From positions 1-56,198 of IMG/VR virus record IMGVR_UViG_3300009103_000041: a DNA stretch of 56,198 nucleotides. One strand, written 5' to 3'. Shown here piece after piece: positions 33,948 to 43,759 of the stretch (position 1 is the stretch's first letter; the number at the start of each line of letters is the position of its first letter). A model generated the notes under the pieces. The model was not told the DNA's origin, searched no databases, and worked only from the letters and a program-made list of their open reading frames with translations. Made by a program: the position numbers and the translations under genes. The stretch is from a virus (lineage: Duplodnaviria > Caudoviricetes).

Positions 33948-36470
33948 TTAAACGAAAAAAGATTCTAAAGAAATAGTCTTTTCGCTTTTCCAACCAACTG
34001 CATCTAATACTGGTTCAATCGCACTAATAAATGTCTTTTCAAATTGAAGGTTATAATCTATATAATCCTCAAGCTTAAATTGCTTTGGTAAAAAATCAAT
34101 AAATGAAATGACATTCTCTTTTATAGGATTTGGCATAACAAGGTATGTGAATTTAACCTTGTCGCCACTATGTATTTTTTCTATTTTTCTTTGAAGTTTT
34201 TGGTCATCAATTAAATGATTATGTAATATTGCTCCCCTCACATGAATTGGTGTACCCTTTTTATATATAGATTCTTTATCAATCCATTTGCGAATATTTT
34301 GCACAGACCGAGGAAAACTAACTTCCTCAGCTGCCGCTTGAGAGAATACTTTCTTAAAATTTTGTATATCACTTTGGACTGTCTGTTCATCAGTCTCAAT
34401 AATTCTTTTAAACATATCTTTTAATGCTTCCCTGCATATTGCTGGAGTACTTGACTTGATAGCTTCAATACCCATAATTTTTAAATGAGGATTTGTATAA
34501 CGAACACCTTCATTGTCATACACATTTAATATGTATCTTTTCTTTGCTGTCCATATACCTCTATTAGCAATTACTTCTCGTCCCATAACCATTTTATTTT
34601 CATAACCACCAAGTGAAATATATAGCTCATTAAAAGCTTCTTTAAGAGCATCTTCTATTGCGGTGGAACATAATTTATCTAAAAAGTTAATAGGGTTTGC
34701 TGGTTTAAAACGTTTAATAAATTCATCAAGGGTGACATACACTGAATCAGTATCAATAGCAATCACATAGTCTTTGTCAGTTTTTAAAGTCTTATTAAGA
34801 TATTCATTCAAATATTTCTCTGCCCATTTGATAGTTGCTTGGCCAGTAAGAGTAATAGCTTCAGCAATTCTCATATCAAAATACCTAAACCATTTATTAC
34901 CTATAGCGCCATATAAACTATTAAGAAGAATCTTAAGAGCCATTTGCTGATTTTTAGCTAAGGCAATACGCTTTTCAATATCATATTGCTCTGACTTACT
35001 GCCGGACAATTCTAATTCTTGTTCAGCTTTAATTTGTTTTTGTTTGAATTTAACCCGTTCATCATAGATTTTTTGGATTACTTGTGGGAATACACCACGC
35101 TTTTTACAATCAAAGCGGGTACCATTAACAGCTAATCCTGTATAGCGATGCGTATTTTTAATTTTATTATTAAGAACAGATTCAACATTAGTACCAGGCT
35201 CATCATCAAGTAATATAGTCTCAGGTGACATATTGTATTGCATAATGATTGATGGATATAGAGAGTTCAAGTCAAATGAACATACCCAATCATGCATTCC
35301 CACTTGAGGTTCTTTAACATACCCACCAGGATATGCACTTTTAAATGATTCCTCATTTTGTGGTATTGCTATTTTATGCTCATATAGATGTCTATAAATT
35401 AATGAATCCCAAATAGCAACAGTCCCTAGAACTGAATCATAATTGACACCACCTTTATATGCCATTGTCAAACATAAAGTAATAAGTCCAAGCTTATCTT
35501 CCATACGGTCTATAAGCTCAACGTCTTTTATATTATAATCAATAAACTTTTGATAGTCATTTGTATATAATTCATTTAAATTAGAAGCCTCACCGAAGTC
35601 AAGTTTCTTTTCACCAAGAACTATATTAGCAATATGGTCTAACTTATAAGATTCTTGTGGACCATGTTGATAACTAAACTTTTTAAAGATAGCCATATAG
35701 TCAAGAATAGTAATACCCTTTAGTTCATATCTAGTACGAATTTGTCCATAGCCCGTGTTGATTTCTCTTTTGTCTACCATTCTCCACGGAGATAGGAATT
35801 TCATTTTATTCTCACCATTAACTTTAGCTATTCTATTAACTAAGTAAGGAATATCAAAAAACTCTACGTTCCAACCAGTAATAACATCGGGTGATGTCTT
35901 TGCCATGTGATATACAAACTTGTGTAAGAGCTCATGTTCGGTTTGACATTTAATATATCTTACCTCATGAGTTTGCATAAGGGATTTACTCTTGTCATAA
36001 TCGCCACAGCCAAATGTATAATAGACATCATCTATATTGTTTTTCATTGTGATGGCTGTAATCTCTTGGTCGGCTATATCTGGGTCAGGGAAACCATCTC
36101 CATATTTTACTTCAATATCAAGTGAAGTAACATTAATAATATTTCTATCCCATTCTATATTTCCAGGAAATTTCTCATTAAGAAATTGCGCAACATAATT
36201 AGTATTACCATATATTTTAAAGTTAGGAACATCTTTATATTGTTTTATAAAATCAGTAGACTCACTCATACTTCCAAACGCAATTGGTTCTACTGGTGTG
36301 CCATCAAGTGCAGTCCAGCTGATTAGAGTCATTGTTTTATCTTCTTTGCTTGGGACGTATAAGGTTGGTGCGTATGGAACAGTATAGCTTACTTTTTTAC
36401 CATTCTTATAACCAGTATATTTGATTACTTTTCCGTGACGAAAAGCGTTAGTGTAAAAAGTATTATTCAT
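33948..36470 (-). CDS. gp43: Family B DNA polymerase (gp43)
   Basis: LDIE, GWNVEFFDIPY, YNIKD, DLNSLYPS, KILLNSLYG, DTDS, KKRY. Confidence 0.99.
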   Translation of the reverse strand: MNNTFYTNAFRHGKVIKYTGYKNGKKVSYTVPYAPTLYVPSKEDKTMTLISWTALDGTPVEPIAFGSMSESTDFIKQYKDVPNFKIYGNTNYVAQFLNEKFPGNIEWDRNIINVTSLDIEVKYGDGFPDPDIADQEITAITMKNNIDDVYYTFGCGDYDKSKSLMQTHEVRYIKCQTEHELLHKFVYHMAKTSPDVITGWNVEFFDIPYLVNRIAKVNGENKMKFLSPWRMVDKREINTGYGQIRTRYELKGITILDYMAIFKKFSYQHGPQESYKLDHIANIVLGEKKLDFGEASNLNELYTNDYQKFIDYNIKDVELIDRMEDKLGLITLCLTMAYKGGVNYDSVLGTVAIWDSLIYRHLYEHKIAIPQNEESFKSAYPGGYVKEPQVGMHDWVCSFDLNSLYPSIIMQYNMSPETILLDDEPGTNVESVLNNKIKNTHRYTGLAVNGTRFDCKKRGVFPQVIQKIYDERVKFKQKQIKAEQELELSGSKSEQYDIEKRIALAKNQQMALKILLNSLYGAIGNKWFRYFDMRIAEAITLTGQATIKWAEKYLNEYLNKTLKTDKDYVIAIDTDSVYVTLDEFIKRFKPANPINFLDKLCSTAIEDALKEAFNELYISLGGYENKMVMGREVIANRGIWTAKKRYILNVYDNEGVRYTNPHLKIMGIEAIKSSTPAICREALKDMFKRIIETDEQTVQSDIQNFKKVFSQAAAEEVSFPRSVQNIRKWIDKESIYKKGTPIHVRGAILHNHLIDDQKLQRKIEKIHSGDKVKFTYLVMPNPIKENVISFIDFLPKQFKLEDYIDYNLQFEKTFISAIEPVLDAVGWKSEKTISLESFFV

Positions 36471-36476
36471 GGTACC

Positions 36477-36506
36477 ATTATACCATAAATCGCATTAAAA
36501 GTAAAT
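36477..36506 (-). promoter_or_regulatory. Early promoter, leaderless for gp43
   Basis: TTTACT-N17-TATAAT-GGTACC-ATG. Confidence 0.75.
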
Positions 36507-36510
36507 AGAT

Positions 36511-36816
36511 TTATGTAAATATTTCTGCTTGTGTTGGTTCTATTAATTTGATTTTGCCTTTAATCATATCTTCATATTTTGTTTGGAGGCCAGCTTCAGG
36601 TTCACATATAAACATAATATGTTCTTCTTTAATAACTAATTCATCCATCTCACAATAAGACAAATAAGGCATAAAACTTATTCTACCAGTACCTCCTGGT
36701 TCAGGGATTAATATTACTGGGTCTGTTACAACTGTTTGTTTTTCATTTATATCTTTAATACCAACTAGTATTTCCTCACCCGACGTGAGCCGGATTAATC
36801 TAATTAAATCATTCAT
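36511..36816 (-). CDS. Conserved small T4-like protein (Sm-like fold), paralog of 55316-55690
   Basis: IRLTSGEEIL...FMPY versus FKLVSGETIV...MTPW. Confidence 0.65.
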   Translation of the reverse strand: MNDLIRLIRLTSGEEILVGIKDINEKQTVVTDPVILIPEPGGTGRISFMPYLSYCEMDELVIKEEHIMFICEPEAGLQTKYEDMIKGKIKLIEPTQAEIFT

Positions 36817-36819
36817 AAT

Positions 36820-37200
36820 TTACCTGTGTTGTTTTGATTTGTAATCTTTTATTGCCGTTTTAATTGAATCTTCAGCTAAAACTGAGCAATGGATTTTGAC
36901 TGGAGGTAAGTTAAGTTGTTCAACCACCTCTGTATTTTTTATTTGTGTTGCTTCATCAAGGGTCATACCTTTAAGCATTTCTGTTATAATAGAAGAAGAT
37001 GCTATTGCAGAACCACAGCCATAACATTTAAATACTGCATCCTGTATAATATCTTTCTCTACTTTAATTTGTAGCTTCATAACATCACCACAAGAAGGAG
37101 CACCTACCATACCAGTTCCAACATTTTTATCATTAATATCCATCTTACCCACATTGCGTGGATTGTTATAATGGTCTAAAACTGCGCCTGAATATGCCAT
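36820..37200 (-). CDS. iscU: Fe-S scaffold IscU
   Basis: NPRNVG, GAPSCGDVM, YGCGSAIAS, LPPVKIHCS. Confidence 0.96.
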   Translation of the reverse strand: MAYSGAVLDHYNNPRNVGKMDINDKNVGTGMVGAPSCGDVMKLQIKVEKDIIQDAVFKCYGCGSAIASSSIITEMLKGMTLDEATQIKNTEVVEQLNLPPVKIHCSVLAEDSIKTAIKDYKSKQHR

Positions 37201-37219
37201 AGTGCTCCTTAGTATTTAT

Positions 37220-37678
37220 TTACCCAAGCAATAGCTTTTTAGCGTGCTTAGGTAGGTCACCTAAATTGATAGTTTGAGGCTTGTCCTCTTCTGGAATATC
37301 ATTCTCCAAAACAACAACAAGCAATCCATCTATAATGTCAGCTCCAACAACCTTAATTGTGTCGCTTAAAGTAAATGAACGCTCAAACGCCCTTTGAGAA
37401 ATACCACGATGTGTGTAATCTCTCTTATCTGAATCGCTATGTCTGCGACCAGATATAGTTAAAACCCCTTTTTCAAGAGTTAAGTCAATGTCTTCTTTCT
37501 TAAATCCTGCAACAGCGATTTCAATTAAAAAGTGACCGTCATCTCTTTTAACAACATTGTAAGGTGGATACCCTACGCCTCTGGCGGCTTGCATGTTTGT
37601 TTCCGCTAGTGTGTTAAAGAGTGAATCAAATCCCAGGAATGTATCCCTCGGGAAGTTAGTAAATGCTAAGTTTGTCAT
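37220..37678 (-). CDS. hsp20: Small heat-shock protein (Hsp20/IbpA-like)
   Basis: YPPYN, IEIAVAGF, HRGIS.RAFERSFTL, DGLL. Confidence 0.95.
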   Translation of the reverse strand: MTNLAFTNFPRDTFLGFDSLFNTLAETNMQAARGVGYPPYNVVKRDDGHFLIEIAVAGFKKEDIDLTLEKGVLTISGRRHSDSDKRDYTHRGISQRAFERSFTLSDTIKVVGADIIDGLLVVVLENDIPEEDKPQTINLGDLPKHAKKLLLG

Positions 37679-37682
37679 AATG

Positions 37683-37756
37683 ACCTCCTATATATAGCAA
37701 GGTTATAAAATGTGGCTTCATGCCACGGTTATTGACAGCCCTTTCGGCACCGTCAA
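37683..37756 (-). promoter_or_regulatory. ROSE-type RNA thermometer in the hsp20 5' UTR
   Basis: Three hairpins; the last, ACCUUGCUA-UAUA-UAGGAGGU, pairs UUGCU (bulged G) with the SD. Confidence 0.8.
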
Positions 37757-37759
37757 ATC

Positions 37760-37802
37760 TATTTATACATATATTATATCACAGTTTGGTGTAATTGTAA
37801 AC
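37760..37802 (-). promoter_or_regulatory. Tandem early (GTTTAC..TATAAT) and late (TATAAATA) promoters for hsp20-iscU
   Basis: GTTTAC 37802-37797, TATAAT 37778-37773, TATAAATA 37767-37760. Confidence 0.75.
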
Positions 37803-38281
37803 AGTTTTATTAATTTATTTTGCTCTTTTATTTCTTCCATCATTTGTATATCATCTATATACCATTCATAATTTGGGTATGTTATATTCCAGCCACCTGC
37901 TTCTTGCCACCAATTAAAACATTCATTATTATCTCTAACTACTGCAACAATTTTACTTTCTGGAAATAACTCTACAATATCATTTAAGTAATATGCAAAA
38001 TTATGAGATAGTATTACTTTAGTTTGGTCTTTAGGTCCATTAAAACTTTTGTCGATTTCATCAATCCACATTTGTCTGGTACCAAAAGTAGAGCCTAACC
38101 AATTACCATATTGCATCTTTGGTCCATAGTAATTTCCTTTATGACCAGCATATTTATGATGTTTATATATTCTGTCAGGAGTACAGTCAGTCATATCTGC
38201 ATTATGCTCTTCTCTAATTTTTTGAGAAATACCACTCCACATACTTCCTGGAGCACCTGTTACAAAAATCCAGTTTTTCAC
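37763..38281 (-). CDS. Sulfotransferase-like P-loop protein
   Basis: IFVTGAPGSMWS and IVAVVRD resemble the PAPS-binding 5'PSB/3'PB layout. Confidence 0.5.
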   Translation of the reverse strand: MKNWIFVTGAPGSMWSGISQKIREEHNADMTDCTPDRIYKHHKYAGHKGNYYGPKMQYGNWLGSTFGTRQMWIDEIDKSFNGPKDQTKVILSHNFAYYLNDIVELFPESKIVAVVRDNNECFNWWQEAGGWNITYPNYEWYIDDIQMMEEIKEQNKLIKLFTITPNCDIIYV

Positions 38282-39363
38282 CCTCTTAAATCAACTCCTT
38301 CAAGCGCTGTTGGTACCTCAACTTCTATTACAAAATGGTCTTTAAATATGCTTGCTAATCCTAATGCTTCTGTATTAAAACGAATTAAATTCCTAAGAGC
38401 ATCTTCAGTAATGAATGACATAAGGGTATCTCTATGTGCATTACCTTCATCACCAATCTTCCATTCATATTTACCAACTTTAGCTTCAATAGCAGCTACT
38501 GCGTCTGGGTCTAAACTCATTTGATGTAAAGCATTCCTTAAAGCAAATGTATTTGGATTTCCTTTATTTACCCATAAGGCTTTTTGCATACCATCTCTAA
38601 ATGATTTGACAAGCTTATAAGCATCATAAAATTCTCCGCTTGGTGGTGCATCCCAAAGTTCTTCAAATAAAATTTCTAATTGGAATCCAGGATAGTTAGG
38701 GTCATCAGCATGACTTCCATCTGCTTGCAATATACCATGATGGAACCATATTTCTGCTTTATCATTTGGTTCAACATGTTTTTTATATGCAGCTGGGTTT
38801 TCTCTTGTACCATTTAGTTCACCGCGTTTGAATGCAAGTCTACGTTCACCGCCTGACATTCCATTAACCCAAGTCACATGCTCTTTAAAGCATGCAATAT
38901 AATAATCTATTGATGTAGATTTATTACCACATATTAACATGGTCATAGCAAAAGCTTCGGGAACCATACCCGAACCAGCAGCAAAACTTGGATATGTCAT
39001 ATCTGCTCCAATAGCTTTACCGGCTATAATATTTAAATTCATAAGACCAATTGAGTCATAATCATTATAGTCATAGTCAACATTCTCTTGTAAGAAGCTA
39101 ACTCCATTACCACCATGACTTACCATGACAATCTTATCAGATGTTCTTAAAGAGTTATGGAATTCATTAAAGCCAGGAATATCTCTTGCTCCTGGTATAT
39201 GTTTAATGGTTATATTTTCTCCTAAGAATGGTTCAAGTTGGGTGGCTATAATTTGAGCCCATTGGCTTGTTCCAGCTCCAGGTTTTTGTGGTACAACAAA
39301 GATATAATCTGCAAATACAGATGTTGATAATGTTAAAATTAAAAGTGCTAGTAGTTTTTTCAT
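38278..39363 (-). CDS. tctC: Tripartite tricarboxylate transporter binding protein (TctC/Bug-like)
   Basis: Signal peptide, VVPQKPGAGTS, IPGA, adjacent to tctA. Confidence 0.7.
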   Translation of the reverse strand: MKKLLALLILTLSTSVFADYIFVVPQKPGAGTSQWAQIIATQLEPFLGENITIKHIPGARDIPGFNEFHNSLRTSDKIVMVSHGGNGVSFLQENVDYDYNDYDSIGLMNLNIIAGKAIGADMTYPSFAAGSGMVPEAFAMTMLICGNKSTSIDYYIACFKEHVTWVNGMSGGERRLAFKRGELNGTRENPAAYKKHVEPNDKAEIWFHHGILQADGSHADDPNYPGFQLEILFEELWDAPPSGEFYDAYKLVKSFRDGMQKALWVNKGNPNTFALRNALHQMSLDPDAVAAIEAKVGKYEWKIGDEGNAHRDTLMSFITEDALRNLIRFNTEALGLASIFKDHFVIEVEVPTALEGVDLRG

Positions 39364-40781
39364 GCGTACTCCAATTTGTTTTTCTTTATAGACAATGTTG
39401 CCATTGCTATAATTGTTATAATTAAAATAATAAATATTGGCCTAGTCATAAGAGTATCTATAGTATATAAAGCACTTAATTGTAGGGTCAATGTTTCTAC
39501 TTTTATGGCTAAGATGAATGCCATCAGCAAAGCCGGTCTACTATATTTATATTGCTTGCAAAAGACTCCAAGAGCAGAGCATAATATTAATATAGCATAG
39601 TCCTCCCAACCACCAGTGTATTGAGCACAAGCCCAAGTGATAAACACCACAAGGATTGGGAAATAATATTTATATGGCCAAGAAGATATCTTTGAAATGT
39701 ATCTATTAAACACAATGCATAATATACCTACTAAAACCGTAGCCCACATAAATCCAAATGTGAGACTGTCAAAAAATCTTGTATCATAAGCAAGGTCAGG
39801 CGTTCCTAATTCAAAACCTAATACCATAAATAAAGCCATTAGTACTGCAGCAAAAGAAGCTCCAGGGATTCCAAATAAAACTGTGGGAATCATTGATGTA
39901 GCCTTTTGAGAATTATTAGCTCCTTCCGAACCTATAACACCTCTTATATTTCCTTTACCAAATTCTTCATTAGGATTGGCAGCAACGGCTGAACCATACG
40001 CCATCCAATCTCCCATAGCACCACCAAGTCCTGGAAGGAAACCAATAAAGGCTCCTATTGCTCCACCTCTTATTGAATCCCATTTATATTTCCATGCGGC
40101 TTTAATTCCTTCTAATGTTTGGCCTGATGAATTATGTTTAGTTGTTGTTGCATCTCCTTTTCTCCAACCATCTAATATTTCAGGGAAGGCAAATAGACCA
40201 GCAACCATTGGCATAATTTGAATACCAGCTCCTAGATATTCCCAACCAAATGTCCACCTATCAGCATTTGTCACTGGGTCAGTGCCTATGCTTCCTAAGA
40301 ATAATCCAATTAATATAGCAATCAAGCTTCTAATCCAGAATTTATTAGATACAAATCCAACACAGGCAAGAGCTAACATAACAAAAGCCCACATCTCTGG
40401 GACGCCAAAGACCATCATAAGTTTTGTATACCAAGGGAGTAAGGCAAATGTAAGTGTTCCCCATAGGAGACCATTGACAGTTGAGGTTGTTATTGCAGCC
40501 GTAAGAGCATAGGTTGCTTTACCTTGCTTGGCTAGAGGGTGACCGTCGACCATTGTGGCCGCGGCTGAATTAGCACCTGGGATACCTAATAAGATTCCGG
40601 AGTATGTATCACCTGTGGTAGAGGCTGCTACTACAGCCATACAGAATATAACTCCTAAGTACGGGTCTGAGAAATAAGACATAAAACCAAATAGAACTAC
40701 AAGACCCGTGGTGGCTCCAGCAGCTGGTATCAATCCAATTATAAGCCCATACAATGTGCCTAATAACAATGCTAAAATCAT
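39360..40781 (-). CDS. tctA: Tripartite tricarboxylate transporter permease TctA
   Basis: GLIPAAG, GIPGA.SAAATMVDG.PLA, GFLPGLG, EGANN, GIPG, SRPALL. Confidence 0.9.
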   Translation of the reverse strand: MILALLLGTLYGLIIGLIPAAGATTGLVVLFGFMSYFSDPYLGVIFCMAVVAASTTGDTYSGILLGIPGANSAAATMVDGHPLAKQGKATYALTAAITTSTVNGLLWGTLTFALLPWYTKLMMVFGVPEMWAFVMLALACVGFVSNKFWIRSLIAILIGLFLGSIGTDPVTNADRWTFGWEYLGAGIQIMPMVAGLFAFPEILDGWRKGDATTTKHNSSGQTLEGIKAAWKYKWDSIRGGAIGAFIGFLPGLGGAMGDWMAYGSAVAANPNEEFGKGNIRGVIGSEGANNSQKATSMIPTVLFGIPGASFAAVLMALFMVLGFELGTPDLAYDTRFFDSLTFGFMWATVLVGILCIVFNRYISKISSWPYKYYFPILVVFITWACAQYTGGWEDYAILILCSALGVFCKQYKYSRPALLMAFILAIKVETLTLQLSALYTIDTLMTRPIFIILIITIIAMATLSIKKNKLEYA

Positions 40782-40791
40782 AATCTAATTT

Positions 40792-41202
40792 TTACTTTAT
40801 TCCAATATTATACTTGGGACATAATTCCCAATCCCCTTTTTCCTTGTGTGATATTATTTTAATTTGATTTAATGGAGCTGTATCTCCAATTGGTTTAACA
40901 GTTTCTAATAATCCCCAATCAGACATGAGTGTAACAATTGTATTACGTCTTTGGAGGTCATTCTCTGTTAGGTTAGATGGTTTGCCATCTAATAAGAATA
41001 ACTCTTTAAAGTGAGTTATAAAATACCTACCTTGCTTATGAAGGATATGGCATGATTGAAATAGTTGAGAATCTCTTTTGGACGCTACGCCCATACGTGT
41101 TAATGTTTCTCTGATTTTTAAAAAGTCATCTGGCTCAGCTAGAGTTACTTCCAGCATCATGTCTGGTGTCCAGCTAACTAGATTGTCTTTGTGTTCCGCC
41201 AT
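40792..41202 (-). CDS. regA: Translational repressor RegA
   Basis: DDFLKIRETLTRMG, QSCHILHKQGRYFITHFKELF. Confidence 0.97.
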   Translation of the reverse strand: MAEHKDNLVSWTPDMMLEVTLAEPDDFLKIRETLTRMGVASKRDSQLFQSCHILHKQGRYFITHFKELFLLDGKPSNLTENDLQRRNTIVTLMSDWGLLETVKPIGDTAPLNQIKIISHKEKGDWELCPKYNIGIK

Positions 41203-41572
41203 GATTTATTTTCCTCTTTATAATAGTAAGGTTTTCATTACTTAAAAGCGGAAGTACATCACGAGCTTTTTCGTTGCTATAACCATAATATTGTTTTATA
41301 GCATTGATATTTTCAGATTCAATAGATTTATTCCACTTGGAAAAACGATTACGTTTCCTTATGGTATTTATAAGAAATGAGTATTGTAATCGACCTCCAA
41401 GATGGTGGAACTTATTCATTTCATTGGCGTATAAGACAGTATCTGGAAAATAAGATAGACCACGGTTTACCATAAAGGCATTATAGTCTTTTTCATTTTC
41501 AAGTATATCTTTTTTGGTGGAGGATATTGATTTTATTAATTCAAATGGACTCATATTTTTTTCCATACCCAT
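41174..41572 (-). CDS. gp62: Clamp loader small subunit (gp62)
   Basis: FMVNRGLS...D...ANEMN, YYGYSNEKA; likely start 41554. Confidence 0.93.
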   Translation of the reverse strand: MGMEKNMSPFELIKSISSTKKDILENEKDYNAFMVNRGLSYFPDTVLYANEMNKFHHLGGRLQYSFLINTIRKRNRFSKWNKSIESENINAIKQYYGYSNEKARDVLPLLSNENLTIIKRKINHGGTQRQSS

Positions 41573-42147
41573 ACAGCGAGTTGGACTGGTGTTGTGCCAT
41601 CTCTAAGAGATATCATTGTTTCAATATGCATATCTAATACTTTAAATTTATCTTTGAACCATTTGAAAGCACAATTATCAGCGCTCTCTATTGTCCAATG
41701 CGCATATTCTGTATCAGGTTCCATATGAATCTCTGCTCTATTAAGATGAACTCTTACAATACATAGTCCACCTTTTTTTAACCATGAATAAAATTTATCA
41801 AAATGATATAGGTTCTCATTAAGGGTGCCGAAGTTGCATGAACCTAGAGCTAATACAACATCAGCAAAATCTCTATTAAATATATGATGTGCTTGATTAA
41901 AAGTTGCTTGGAAGTCTGCTCCTTCATACGGAGCTGCGTCAAATCCTATAAGGTTATTAATCTTTTCTTTAAATGGATTAATACCACAACCAGCGTCAAT
42001 AACCAAACCATTAGGCTTTACTCCATTTACAAAGTCAGCCAATGCTATGCCTGAGCTATCATGGTTATTAAAGTGGTTTATGTCATACGGCTTTCTGGTA
42101 AAAAAGTCAATGACTTTATTTTCATTCTTAGTGGGTGGTTTTGACAT
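41551..42147 (-). CDS. Class I SAM-dependent methyltransferase
   Basis: VIDAGCG, ADVVLALGS, LKKGG. Confidence 0.8.
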   Translation of the reverse strand: MSKPPTKNENKVIDFFTRKPYDINHFNNHDSSGIALADFVNGVKPNGLVIDAGCGINPFKEKINNLIGFDAAPYEGADFQATFNQAHHIFNRDFADVVLALGSCNFGTLNENLYHFDKFYSWLKKGGLCIVRVHLNRAEIHMEPDTEYAHWTIESADNCAFKWFKDKFKVLDMHIETMISLRDGTTPVQLAVWVWKKI

Positions 42148-42376
42148 ATTGCACGTTATCCACTAAAAAAGAACGCCAACCTATTTTATCTAAATCAAAT
42201 ACATTGACCACATCTAAATTTTCTTTAGCTGTGCTTGTACCTTTAGGTGTGTGTTCCTCAGGTATAAGCTTAGGTTTAAGTGTACATTTCATAACACGTT
42301 CAGTACCATCTTTTTTTGTAAACATTATTTCAGCTACACCATCACGTAATAATTCTTTTATATCTGCTCTATTCAT
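42128..42376 (-). CDS. WYL-like (DUF2693-type) SH3-fold protein
   Basis: FTKKDGTERVMKCTL...VFDLDKIGWRSF. Confidence 0.75.
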   Translation of the reverse strand: MNRADIKELLRDGVAEIMFTKKDGTERVMKCTLKPKLIPEEHTPKGTSTAKENLDVVNVFDLDKIGWRSFLVDNVQYVKTTH

Positions 42377-42506
42377 CTGAAAATCCTTCCTTTAAAATTC
42401 TACTCATTTCTTTTACCAATCTACTGGCCTTATCTAATTGCCATACCACATTGACCATTGCCAACATAAGTATGATTGTTGCATAATTTGCCATGTTATC
42501 TAGCAT
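42369..42506 (-). CDS. 45-aa single-TM peptide
   Basis: Not in the ORF track; MLDNMANYATIILMLAMVNVVW...; SD AGGAG. Confidence 0.55.
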   Translation of the reverse strand: MLDNMANYATIILMLAMVNVVWQLDKASRLVKEMSRILKEGFSDE

Positions 42507-42514
42507 ATTGTCTC

Positions 42515-43447
42515 CTATTTAAATTTAATTTGTGACATTATTTCTGTCATACATGCCACTACATTTAATTCATGGTCAGCTACAAAACTATCTTTATAAG
42601 AATAGTCTGCAAGTATAAGCACTAATTGTGGAATACTATTAGGCGTTACATACTCAACCATATTATCATAAACCATTCTAAATAACTTTGAGGATTCTAC
42701 ATCAATATTGTCATTAACCCACTTGCGCATACTCTTAAAGTTTTTAGATTTTAAATCTTTCATTAATGCCTTAATGCTTGACTCAGATAGAGTAACAAGA
42801 ATGCCGGTATCAATGGTACCACTCATTCCATATCTTTGACATTCATTTAAGATACGTCTCCAATCTGGAATATATTTCATAATCAATTCAGCAAGAACTT
42901 GATTATCATATTTAATTTCTTCAGCATCAAGGATATCTCCTAACCTACGCATAAACGCTGCGGCTATAGGTCCTTTATCCATGCCATAATTAAATTCATA
43001 TATAGAACACCTTGAATGCAAGGGGTCTATAATACGATTCTTAAAATTGCAAGTTAATATAAATCTACAATTAGAAGAGAACTCTTCAATAAAACCCCGC
43101 AAAGCAGGTTGTGTAGATTGAGGATTTAAATAATCAGCCTCGTCGAGTATGACTACCTTTTGCCCGCCATGTAATGATATAGTACTTGCAAATTGTTTTA
43201 TTTTACCACGAAGTGTATCAATGTTTCCATCTTCGGAACCATTAATCATTATATAGTCTAAATCTAATTCATTACACAATGCTCTGGCAACTGTAGTCTT
43301 ACCAACTCCAGCCGAACCAGTGAACATCATATTGGGAAGCTCTCCCTTTTGGACAATACTTTCAAAAGTATCTTTTAATCCTTTAGGGAGAATGCAATCC
43401 TCTATGACTTGTGGTCTATACTTTTCAACGAATAAAAACTCTTTCAT
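42515..43447 (-). CDS. gp44: Clamp loader large subunit (gp44)
   Basis: EKYRP, GSAGVGKT, LDEAD, SRC. Confidence 0.97.
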   Translation of the reverse strand: MKEFLFVEKYRPQVIEDCILPKGLKDTFESIVQKGELPNMMFTGSAGVGKTTVARALCNELDLDYIMINGSEDGNIDTLRGKIKQFASTISLHGGQKVVILDEADYLNPQSTQPALRGFIEEFSSNCRFILTCNFKNRIIDPLHSRCSIYEFNYGMDKGPIAAAFMRRLGDILDAEEIKYDNQVLAELIMKYIPDWRRILNECQRYGMSGTIDTGILVTLSESSIKALMKDLKSKNFKSMRKWVNDNIDVESSKLFRMVYDNMVEYVTPNSIPQLVLILADYSYKDSFVADHELNVVACMTEIMSQIKFK

Positions 43448-43455
43448 AATATAAT

Positions 43456-43485
43456 ATTATACCACAAATTAAGTTAAAAGTAAAC
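43456..43485 (-). promoter_or_regulatory. Early promoter, near-leaderless for gp44
   Basis: GTTTAC...TGTGGTATAAT; ATG 8 nt downstream. Confidence 0.8.
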
Positions 43486-43487
43486 AG

Positions 43488-43754
43488 TTATTTTTCTTCT
43501 GTTTTGGGTGCGGCTTTGGTAGGTGCTGTGTCTTTTGGAGCAGCAGCCTTAATAAATTTTTCTAATCTATTTCTTATTGAGCCAACATCAGCCATTTCAT
43601 TTCCTTCAAAGGCACCACGTTTGGTTACTACATCAATAATTTGAATTACTGCTGCAATATCTGTGAGATTTAAAGTATCACCAGTTGGATTCATTTCAGG
43701 AACAGCTTCATCTGCTACTGTTTCTTCAACTGCTTCTTTAGTTTTATCAGCCAT
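43488..43754 (-). CDS. Hypothetical T4-like protein
   Basis: IIDVVTKRGAF.G.E..DVG motif; SD AAGGA. Confidence 0.7.
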   Translation of the reverse strand: MADKTKEAVEETVADEAVPEMNPTGDTLNLTDIAAVIQIIDVVTKRGAFEGNEMADVGSIRNRLEKFIKAAAPKDTAPTKAAPKTEEK

Positions 43755-43759
43755 ATATA

